NCBI RefSeq assembly: GCF_006345805.1
Contig: NC_042998.1
Coordinates: 36,828,001-36,892,000, forward strand
DNA: 64,000 bases
Source: Octopus sinensis
Lineage: Eukaryota
Direction of reading: 5' to 3'
The notes beneath the pieces are model-generated. The model was not told the origin of the DNA, ran no database searches, and worked only from the letters and a program-made list of their open reading frames with translations. This document shows, piece by piece, positions 53,901 through 64,000 of this stretch. Each line of letters begins with the position of its first letter. Position 1 is the stretch's first letter. Made by a program: the position numbers and the translations under genes.

Positions 53901-54394
53901 AATACTATATCATAAATGATTATATATTGGATTTTGAGATACTAGAAGGCACCAACTCAAATCAGTATCAGAGCGAGCTAGAATCCGCAACTAGTATCAC
54001 TAAATTCAAAGTGTGAATGAAAAGATTGTGTCACCAGCCCCTTCCCACCCGCGTGTAGCCAAAACAAGATGCTGTGGTCATCCACTGAGATAAAATATGG
54101 TTATCCGTAATAATGAAGGGTGAAATTAATTAATTTGGAATAATTATCAATAACACCAAGTAGTCTTCGGCATGTAAAAGCCTCAATCGAGGGAAAAATT
54201 TAAGTAATTAAGCAATAAAGGGTTTAGCAACGAATTGCCTTACCACATACCGAATTTAGAAATAGCAGTCAAAGAGTTATAGCTATTTCTTCTACTAAAA
54301 AGGGAGATCTCAGTAAAAACAGCAATTAGAAGGCAGACACAAACAGGTAAGAGAGAATGAATTGACGGCAATCTATCATACAATTTTAAGTTAT

Positions 54395-54490
54395 CTACGG
54401 ACGCACGTTTCGAAATCAAGTTTTTAGGAAAGCATAAGAATTAAATAAAATAATTCTACCTTACCAAAACTTCTTTTCTCTTCAGCGTAG
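54395..54490 (-). ncRNA. Type I hammerhead ribozyme, second tandem copy
   Basis: Same core and stems; differs only in the apical loop of helix II. Confidence 0.85.
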
Positions 54491-54749
54491 AATACTATAA
54501 TCATAAATGATTATATATTGAATTTTGAGATACTAGAAGGCACCAACTCAACTCAGTATCAGAGCGAGCTAGAATCCGCAACTAGTATCACTAAATTCAA
54601 AGTGTGAATGAAAAGATTGTGTCACCAATATATATATATATATTATATATATATATATATATGTTAATAATTCACTCGTTATTTTCACGATGTTACCTCT
54701 ATTCAAACACTTGATACATTTGCCGCACCGCTTTATTTAGGTTTTTACA

Positions 54750-54925
54750 AAACTTGAGATATTGGCTTACAAGGCCAGCAGTTTTGGAGGAGGGGGCAAG
54801 TCGATTACATCGACCCCAGTACGCAACTAGTACTTATATTATCAACACCGAAAGGATGAAAGATGAAGTCGTCCACGACGGAATTTGAACTCAGATCTTA
54901 AAGACGGACGAAATGCCGCGAATCA
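54750..54925 (-). mobile_element. SINE fragment
   Basis: ACAAGGCCAGCAGTTTTGG..TCGATTACATCGACCCCAGT..GAATTTGAACTCAG. Confidence 0.65.
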
Positions 54926-55799
54926 AATCCTGATATATTTACTGATCCTCGTGTTTCACTCCACCTTATTTTACTGTTCAAATATATGACAATATAAGTA
55001 TATATGACATCCTTTTCGAATAGTCAACATATTTTGGAATCTGACACCCCCCCCACACACACACACACGCAGTTCCCTTTAACTCGTTCAACAGAAATAC
55101 AAACAATCACAGTCGTGATTTATCCTAGTTATTTGAAATATAAATGAAATGAACTTTGAAAACACGCGTAATGCATCAGCAAGGGAAACTCGATATGTCA
55201 TGTTGGAATCATTTCCGATAATCATTGCTCAAATTTATGGAATGAAATTGCTATTAAATCAATAAATTATAACATCGGAATAATTGTATCTGCTGCTCTG
55301 AAAGAAAGCTGAACCATACACGGACGCTAAATCTAAATCAGAAGAGAAAGCAAAATATGTCTAAATATTTCATGCATCGTTAAGGAAACTTCGACAAAAT
55401 GGTCGTTATCTATAAGCGTGCTGCAGCGAAACGATTACGTCGCTATTTCCGGTTTAACTGGGAATTACAGACTATTTCATTGACTGCGCTCACGTAACCT
55501 TTATGAGCAGCTGCACAGCATTTCAAGCAAATTCTCCATAGATAGTCGTAGAGCAAAGTAACCAACGTACTACTTGATTTATCAAAAGTTTTCCTCGATA
55601 ATAATATCAGGAATGTTGACAAGTTCGGTCAGCATGCAGTTGCGGGTCATGAAATGATTAGTTGTCGGAGGATAATTAAATATAACACTGTACATAATAA
55701 TAAAATATATCTATTCTTTATTCCTTACTTTAGATGCTTTTTTTGTCAGAATAAATTTTATTGTATCTGAAATACTATAAACTACCATTATGCAGTCGG

Positions 55800-56010
55800 T
55801 GGAACCGTTAACATAGCAGACGAAATGATTAGCGGATTTCGTCGGTCTTAGTGGTCTGAGTTCAAATTCCACCACGTTTTGGGGTTGTTAAAGTAAGTAC
55901 CAGTTGAACACTGTGATTGATGTAAAGGACTGCCCCCATCCCCGACGTCCGCCACCCCAAAACTTCCGATCAGGGACCAACATTTGAAACCGTTATTATA
56001 AAATAACATT
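55800..56010 (+). mobile_element. Diverged SINE
   Basis: CTGAGTTCAAATTCC..AAGTAAGTACCAGTTGAACACTG..ACATTTGAAACC. Confidence 0.5.
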
Positions 56011-56264
56011 ACTGTTAATGTAAAATCTCAAAATGCCAAACTCTATGAGTTATTTAAAGTTCCCAGGATTAAAAGGTTTACACTGTGAAACAGTTTGCAT
56101 GGATATGTCCCAGCAAATCCTCCAGTTTTAATTCAGTTTTCTCGTATTTTATTTCCGTTTCAGGTTTGTCCTGGAAATTGTCTCCAATCACAAAATATCT
56201 TTGTTGAAATTGCTGCTTTGGTTTGATTCAGATAATGTATGGTTTTGCCAACCACAATGGGTCG

Positions 56265-56757
56265 TATGGTGCAAGCGTGGCTGTGTAGTAAAGAGCTCAC
56301 TTCCCAACCACATGGTTCCGGGTTCATGGACACTGCGAGAATGCTTCGGTAAGTGTTTTCTCTAGTGGAAGCGCCATCCAACCAAAATGCAAATATATGG
56401 GAAATTACCACCTGTGTCATCTCTTGTGAACGGTAGGAGAGTCCAGTTTGCTGGACATTGTTGTAGAGCTGAAAAAGAAGTAATTTCTACTCTTCTCCTC
56501 TGGAAGCCATCTACTCGCAATACCAGAGGGCGCACACTCTCCTACCCTGATGTAATCTTCAGGGATACAGGCATCCAGCAACAGGACCTCCGTAATGCTA
56601 TGATGGACCGTGAAGTCTGGCGTAACATAGTAAATTCCATTGTCTCGACCACGGTCGAACAATGATGATGATGATGAAGTGTTTTCTGCCATTGTTTTAG
56701 TCCGAGTAAAACATTGGGAGTAGATTTGGTAGACGGAACCTGAAAGAAGACCGTCTT
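56265..56757 (+). mobile_element. SINE split by an RTE insertion
   Basis: Head to 56361; body resumes at 56688 through GATTTGGTAGACGGAACCTGAAAGAAGACCGTC. Confidence 0.7.
56362..56676 (+). mobile_element. 5'-truncated RTE-clade LINE with (TGA)n tail and 11-bp TSD
   Basis: RRVQFAGHCCR..LLLWKP..RGR..DREVWR; AAGTGTTTTCT at 56351-56361 and 56677-56687. Confidence 0.9.
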
Positions 56758-56805
56758 ATGTATGTATGTATGTATGTATGTATGTATGTATGTATGTATG
56801 TATAT

Positions 56806-56895
<90 letters not shown>

Positions 56896-57981
56896 ATATA
56901 TATATACACACATATATACACATATATATATACATACATATATACATACATATATATATAATATATATATATATAAATATATAATGTGCTTTTCTTTTAT
57001 CTGTGATTGTCCCCTGCCACCGCTTGACAACCGGTGTTGGTGAGATTTACTTCACTGTAACTTAGGGGTTCAGCAAAAGAAACCGATAGAATAAGTGACA
57101 GGTTTAAAAAATGTATGGGGTTCTATTCCTTCGACTGAAAGTCCTCTGGAGCAATTCTCCACCAACGCTGCAGACTGAAACAAATAAAAGATTAAGGATA
57201 AATGAGATGTAAGTCATGTATTGCAGATAATCATAAAGTTCACTCGAATATTTACTCTTCTCGGAACTACATTTTTTTAACTCACTAAAATTATTTGCCA
57301 AAAGATACGTTATCTTTTAAGCATTTTGAGCTCACTTTCTAATGGATAAGAAAAAAAAAACTAAAGGTTCGTGTTTTCCACTTATGAGAAAATAAATTAT
57401 TTTATTTTCTATTTATCTTTCCATTACTTTTTCATCACTTACAATGTTTTATGTTCCATATGTATTAGCTTTGCATGCAGGTCTTGGATCCGTATTAAAC
57501 TTTATCACAAGCATCCTTCTTGAATACTGACTATACGTCTTAGAATTTGAGAACATTTGATTGCACTCTCTCCAGTTCTTCATCCGGATTTTCTCAAATC
57601 TGTCTTTAGTTGGCACGATTCCATTCTCCTCGATTATACTCAAAATACAGTAAAATCAATCTCTTATTAAAGATTCTGATTCTTAATTGATGTGTGAATT
57701 GCTTTACTATTTCTTATTCCGTTTATAACTTAGCAGAAACGCTTCTTAATTTGTAATCTAATTCTCATAACGAAATTAATTATCTAGGTTCATCCTGTAT
57801 AATCCTTTCAGAATCAATTAAAGATTGTCATTGCTATTATAATCTAGCAAAGGCTTTCACTTTCTTTTCGTGAAATCTTACAACCGCTGTATTAAACAAC
57901 GAAAAGCTCAACAAATGGCTATTCGTGCAGAGCAATGCATTATATATATGTATATATATATAATATATATATACAACATAC

Positions 57982-58058
<77 letters not shown>

Positions 58059-58233
58059 TGTATATATATATATATATATATACCAATTAAGAACTGAACA
58101 CGAAAAGTGGACAGTCAACATGCTAGATATAGACGTCAAATCGCCATTCACCACAAAAGATTATGTTCTCAGATCAAACTCAACACAAAACCATAGCAAT
58201 AAACAGTGAAAAATATACGAAATAAATAATTAC

Positions 58234-58297
58234 CCATGTACTAAATAGTTTCAGCTGTTATTTTCCGCAAGGAAAACTGCAGCCATCATCAGCATGG
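58234..58297 (-). ncRNA. Type I hammerhead ribozyme
   Basis: CCATG-CTGATGA-T-GGCTG..TTTTCC TTGC GGAAAA..CAGCT-GAAAC-TATTTA-GTA-CATGG. Confidence 0.85.
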
Positions 58298-59004
58298 TCC
58301 GTTATAAATGTAATTTGCTGGACTAGATGCAAACACGATACCGAAATATCGCGTGCATGGAGTTCAGCCTATTACATTTGAATATATCTTTCAAATGCCT
58401 TTACTTTGGCGCGTTGGAGCCCGAGAAAACTAGCCTGCAGCTAATAATTAGCAGCAGTAATTTATCGGTTAGAGAACATATTTATTTATATAAAATTAAT
58501 TAAGGGTAGAAATTGATATTTATCAATTAAGACCAGTGGTCTAGCATATTAAAAAAGAATCCGAAGATTAAAATATTTATATATACCAATTAAGGACTGA
58601 ACACGAAAAGTGGACAGTCAACATGCTAGATATAGACGTCAAATCGCCATTCACCACAAAAGATTATGTTCTCAGATCAAACTCAACACAAAACCATAGC
58701 AATAAACAAGTGAAAAATATATAAATATTTTAATCTTCGGATTCTTTTTTAATATGCTAGACCACTGGTCTTAATTGATAAATATCAATTTCTACCCTTA
58801 ATTAATTTTATATAAATAAATATGTTCTCTAACCGATAAATTAACTGCTGCTAATTATTAGCTGCAGGCTAGTTTTCTCGGGCTCCAACGCGCCAAAGTA
58901 AAGGCATTTGAAAGATATATTCAAATGTAATAGGCTGAACTCCATGCACGCGATATTTCGGTATCGTGTTTGCATCTAGTCCAGCAAATTACATTTATAA
59001 CGGA

Positions 59005-59068
59005 CCATGCTGATGATGGCTGCAGTTTTCCTTGCGGAAAATAACAGCTGAAACTAATTAGTACATGG
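59005..59068 (+). ncRNA. Type I hammerhead ribozyme with perfectly palindromic helix III
   Basis: CCATG-CTGATGA-T-GGCTG..CAGCT-GAAAC-TAATTA-GTA-CATGG (ACTAATTAGT palindrome). Confidence 0.9.
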
Positions 59069-59310
59069 GTAATTATTTTATTTCGTATATTTTTCACTTG
59101 TTTATTGCTATGGTTTTGTTGAGTTTGATCTGAGAACATAATCTTTTGTGGTGAATGGCGATTTGACGTCTATATCTAGCATGTTGACTGTCCACTTTTC
59201 GTGTTCAGTCCTTAATTGGTATATATAAATATTTTAATCTTCGGATTCTTTTTAATATGCTAGACCACTGGTCTTAATTGATAAATATCAATTTCTACCC
59301 TTAATTAATG

Positions 59311-59368
<58 letters not shown>

Positions 59369-59510
59369 GTATGTGTGTATATATATAATATATATATATA
59401 TACATGCATATATGCATACATACATATATATACAAAATGTGACCACGTGTGTACCGTTGACGATCTTTTTTCCCTCTGTCTTCCCTTCTCTGGATTCTTC
59501 CTTCTCGTAT

Positions 59511-59545
59511 GTTTCCGACGGAGAGCTTCGCTCGAAACGTTAAAC
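59511..59545 (+). ncRNA. Degenerate hammerhead-like motif (extra-A family)
   Basis: GTTT-CCGACGGA-GAG CTTCG CTC-GAAAC-GTT-AAAC. Confidence 0.4.
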
Positions 59546-59627
59546 CCTCCATCTTTCCTTCTTTCCAATAATACTATATTTGTTCCACGTCCTCGCGTGT
59601 GTTTTTTTTGTGCTTTCTTGTTTGAAT

Positions 59628-59670
<43 letters not shown>

Positions 59671-59957
59671 CAAAGTGAAGTTGCAAGTTACCGCACGAGT
59701 GGAAATGTATATGAAAGAAGGTTCGAAAATGCAATTTTAAAGATGTTTATTCACTTGACCTGTTTCACTTTTTAGAAAAACATTGTCAAAAGTAAAATTC
59801 AACGTTTTGTATAAACTTTGTTGTGTTAAGTACTGGTTGTCACAAAATATTAAAATACATATATACATTAGGCGTTACTTAAAAATTATGTTTCTTTGGA
59901 AGTATCTATATACTACACAGAAAAGTATTAGGAGTTCCCAAAAGTCATATTTGGTAG

Positions 59958-59984
<27 letters not shown>

Positions 59985-59991
<7 letters not shown>

Positions 59992-60392
59992 ACAGTAGCA
60001 TCCACCCTTAGGTGCTAGCCATATTGAAATGGCAAAAATACGTCACGATGTGTTACCGCTACTGTATATAACTCACTTTGATATTTATCATTGTTTGATT
60101 TCACTTTTTCATATCAGCGACAGTGGGCGCTGGAAAAAGTATAAGTATTGTGAAGGAAATCTAATTCTCGGCGACAACTATGATTGTCACACGCTGACGA
60201 GAGGTCAATACCTCGAAACTCGAGTCAGTGTGTATCATAAGTTGAAGACGGGAAGGATGACTTCCTTTGCAAATACTGACAGGACACAGATAGTGTGTCA
60301 TGGCCAGCTGGAGGAGTGTGTCCTCCTGGGGCTAAAAACCTAGTAGTAGCATCCACCTTAGGGGTTAGCCATATTGAAATGGCAAAAATACG

Positions 60393-60396
<4 letters not shown>
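59985..60396 (+). mobile_element. Retrozyme-like unit of ~350 bp with ~55-bp terminal redundancy
   Basis: GTAGCATCCACC..ATATTGAAATGGCAAAAATACGTCAC at 59995-60046 and 60346-60396; poly-A on the left, (TA)n on the right. Confidence 0.8.
60188..60232 (+). ncRNA. Minimal type I hammerhead ribozyme
   Basis: CACAC(G)-CTGACGA-GAGG TCAATA CCTC-GAAAC-TCGA-GTC-(A)GTGTG; ACTCGAGT palindrome; first helix I pair mismatched. Confidence 0.85.
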
Positions 60397-60441
<45 letters not shown>

Positions 60442-60738
60442 GGAGATGTATTTAGGAGTTTACAAATAATTTGAGATGAATTGACCTGTTTTAGCATTTT
60501 ATATTTTGTGTGAAGTTACAAGTTGCTATTTTAAGGGACAGTGTGGGAAGTTGGTTGGCGTGGGGGGAAGGAAGAGCAAAGTAGAATTGAAAGGATTTTT
60601 TGTTTCTCTTTCATGATTAGTCTTTCATGGTTCAGTGGTTTTTGGTACTGGTCTTAGAGGTCAGAATAGTGTGAGTGTGTGTGTCTGTGTACGTCTCTAT
60701 GTGTGTATATACATGTGTTTGTGTTTTTGTGTGTGGTC

Positions 60739-61900
60739 CGTGGTACGAGAATGGCCTCCTCCTTTGTTAACGTAGTCATGGGATATCTAGACATTTGTCT
60801 TTATCGTAAGGTTCTATTCTTCCTCTACATAGAAAATAACTGGAAGAGATACCTGAATGAGTGTTTCATCCTTTGGTATGAATGTATAGAAAGACTTAAA
60901 AAATTCAAAGCACTTATAAATGAACTTGACGTAAACATTCAATTCACGATGGAATATAGCCAGCAACAATTTCCCTTCCTCGACATCCTCATTAAGAAAT
61001 ATAATAACGTAATAGAAACAGATATATACTATAAACCCACGGACTCCAAACAATATCTACCGTTCAAATCACGCCACCCCAGACACACGAGAATGAATAT
61101 CCCCTTCGACCTAGGAAAAAGGATTTGTATTATAGTTACTAATACAAGCACCAGGGACACACAACTACATTAACTAAAGGATACACTCATCACCAGGAAC
61201 TACCCATCTTCAATAATTGACATATGCTTTCAACGTACCCTTCAACTCAACATCCAGGAAGTCAGACATCCCAAAATAAAGGATTTATAACCAAGAGCCC
61301 TACCATACATTTCCAAACACAACCCTCTTAACAATGAAGCCTTCTACACCATCCTCCAAAATATTCCCCTACTAAAAAGGGACCATGAAATGAATTTAAT
61401 CCTCCAAACACACACCATCATAAAAAGCAAGAGACAGCCCAAATCTATGAAAAGTCACCTAACACAAGCCCGAATATGCTCAACAACACAGACGCCGTCA
61501 GTAAGAAAATGTGGAAGACCCAACTGTGGGATATGCGTCAATTTAATTGAGGGATCAGGGTTCTCCTTCAAATAGGGACAACGTTTCACAGTGAAAAGCA
61601 GCTTCATATGCGCTTCGGAGAACCTGATATACGCTCTAACCTGCTCAAGAGCAATACATAGGCCAAACAAAAAACAGTCTACGTAAAGAATGGCTCTGCA
61701 CAGATTCCAGATCAAAATTCGCCAAAACAGAAAAATAGCATTCAGCCAACACAGACATTTGCGCCAATAACAAAAATCTAAGCTTCAGAAGTTTTCTCCT
61801 CTACCAATTCAGGCACGATGCAACCTGGAGCCAACAAATTAGTAAAAATACTCTCTTTATTGCAAAATACAGATCCCTTTTGAACGCGTCTACAACAAAC
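60739..61900 (+). mobile_element. Penelope-like element remnant: RT palm/thumb plus GIY-YIG endonuclease, pseudogenised
   Basis: GTRMASSFVNVVMGYL, WKRYLNECFILW (RYIDD mutated), IQFTMEY..FPFLDI..TDIYYKPTDSKQYL..SRHPRH, KCGRPNCGIC, SENLIYALTC, RMALHR. Confidence 0.9.
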
Positions 61901-62349
61901 AACATATCCATCACGGCCTTAGAATAAAACAAACACACACGCAAATATTAAAAACGATACACTCAAGCGATTTCCAAGAATTCATTAAAAAACAGTCCCA
62001 ATCACTGCTATAATCCATAACGAGTCACATTTAGGTCACTTGACCATTTAACATCCGACTACTATCACACCATTTATATTCCTTTCTTATTCACCCTTAT
62101 CTTTCACCTTCTTCTTCTTCGTCTTCTCCCTCTCCGACACCTCCTTCCTAACTTTACCACTACGCAAATTTTATATACAATACATTCAAAAGAGATGTCT
62201 CAAGAATTTAATCACTACTACCATCCACAACAAGTCACTTTCAGGGCACTTGACCATTTAACATTCTATTACTATCATGGCACTCCCGCATTCTCCTTCT
62301 CCTTCTCCCTTCCTCCTTTTCTTCTTCTTCTTCTTCTCCTTCTTCTCCA

Positions 62350-62475
62350 ATCATCCCTGAAAGTTTCATCCGAATCCATCCAGCGGTTCTTGAGATATCT
62401 TGTCCACGGACAAACAAACAAGCAAACATGACTGAAAACAATACCTCCGCCCTAGCGAAGCCGGAGCTAATAAAT
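62350..62475 (+). mobile_element. Possible HINE/Helentron-like 3' end
   Basis: GAAAGTTTCATCCGAATCC..(ACAA)n..ACCTCCGCC CTAGCGAA GCCGGAGCT imperfect terminal stem-loop. Confidence 0.3.
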
Positions 62476-64000
62476 ATAATGACAACTTGATTGCACTCCA
62501 CATGAGAAAGCATCCATATAGGGCAATTTATGACAAACATCTAATTATATAATTATTTTAAAGAATAATCTTATATAATGATATAGACTGGTGGACTCAG
62601 CTGGTGCCCAATGCAGAAACAAATGTTGTGCTTTGCTATAAAAGACTGGTATTATATTATCCTTACATTAATTCTATACAATAACGGACTTCTACATAAT
62701 TATGAAGCCGTGAGAAATGTCATGTTAAAGAGTGCCGTATTTTTAATATTTGGAAAAAGAACGTGTAGAATTAGTTCGTCGTCAAATGACATGTATATGC
62801 TCCCCCTAAAATTGGACTCCGGAATATATTTTTTCAACGTAAGACTATTTTATCAGCTGTTTAACCTCGTTCAAACTTATACATACCAAAAAAAAAATGC
62901 CGTTGTTTTCAACAGACAATCCTGATTACACTGCAAAATGATCACACTAAGAATTATTGATGTCCTGGGAATCAAACTTATTCCGGAAGTTAGCTTACAT
63001 ATTTTGAGGATTATTTATTTATTTATTTGCAGAAAGAAAATGAAAGATATAATCATTATACACATTGACGTTTGAAATGTAATCAGGATATGTTAGAATT
63101 GACGAAAGGTCATAACTTGCACTATATACGCTGCAGGCGGAGGAATTGATTCATCTCTTGTAATTTACTTGGACTTCTAACATTTGAAGCAATAATATTT
63201 GGTGCTACTTTGATGCATTCTAAAGAATAATCCGAATGAAACGAAATGAGTTTGTAGGGGCACACCCACACGTACTCACCCACATAAAGTATAAACATCA
63301 TGCACACACACACGCACACACACACGCACACACACACGTCCATATATAATAGGATTTGGTCAATATAGCAGCATTATGAAGTTTATGAGATCAATGAGTG
63401 TCTGAAGTATTGCCTGTACCTATTAACTGAATAGAATTTCGCTCGTGTGAAAGGTAAATGTTCTGCAAGGTTAATGGGACACGGCTATACCTGATAAGTT
63501 AATTAGACCGGTATCATAAGAAACCAGAACTATGATACCTTTTTTATCGGTAAATATAGAGACAAAAATCAAGCAAAATATACAAAAAGATAAAGAGCAA
63601 ATGCTATTGATAGTGCACATTATTTGATAAATTTTCCTTTAAATCAAAGAGTGTAGAAGTACTTAAATGTTGATCCGCATTAGCATTCATTATTCAAGTA
63701 AATTCACATGTTCACCTCAATATATCCCTTCATAGGATCATTAATTTGCCTCTAAATGTGTTCCAAATTAAACACCACGTTCCGCACACATAATGCATCT
63801 AACAAATATATGTTAAAGAAAGAAAATCTTTTCGAGTACTTAGAACGTGTTTCGCCGAAATATAATACAATCGGCGTACGAACAATTAATATAAATTCAA
63901 ATTACCTCTAGGAAATTATAAGATTGAAACAGAGTCAATGCTCTAAGTGAACCAATCGATTTATCTCCTGTAATTTACTTGCAGTTCTAACACCAAACGC

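Larger units (their letters stand above)
53617..54627 (-). mobile_element. Retrozyme-like tandem element: 592-bp period, 1.7 units, two HHRs, (TA)n on both flanks
   Basis: 53617-54036 repeated at 54209-54627 with few differences; no ORF. Confidence 0.85.
58076..59309. mobile_element. Retrozyme-like array: 503-bp unit in tandem, then inverted; (TA)n flanks
   Basis: 58081 repeats at 58584; strand switch at ~58718-58721; 58718-59309 is the reverse complement of the unit plus ~90 bp. Confidence 0.9.

Noticed and set aside
53617-54627. TRIM/LTR pair interpretation
   Set aside because: No 5' TG, PBS, PPT or TSD seen; tandem HHR units explain it better
57440-57860. Minus-strand LINE ORF2 linker-like sequence
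   Set aside because: No diagnostic motif recognised

Overview
AT-rich (about 33-35% GC by eye) eukaryotic DNA saturated with (TA)n, (TATG)n, (GATA)n, (CA)n and (TAA)n microsatellites. The SINE and repeat content suggests an octopod cephalopod (inference). Nearly all listed ORFs are microsatellite or transposon-remnant artefacts. Supported content: decayed non-LTR retrotransposons (R4/Dong, RTE, L1/Tx1, CR1/L2-like), two Penelope-like element (PLE) remnants, a Gypsy integrase remnant, Tc1/mariner and pogo-like remnants, many tRNA-derived SINEs, non-autonomous Helitron-like elements (one with a filled/empty site pair), several near-identical tandem duplications, and two phase-compatible candidate exons of an unidentified minus-strand gene at about 33 kb. 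The most striking signal, found by manual base-pairing, is about 14 type I hammerhead ribozyme (HHR) motifs in at least 7 sequence contexts. These are retrozyme-like tandem units of 592, 503 and about 350 bp, an inverted HHR pair with a long helix II, an HHR closing a 165-bp hairpin, a tRNA-headed SINE carrying an HHR, a dispersed extra-A/zero-loop variant, and an HHR overlapping a PLE stop codon. A PLE RT/GIY-YIG remnant lies beside the densest cluster. No folding program or database search was run.
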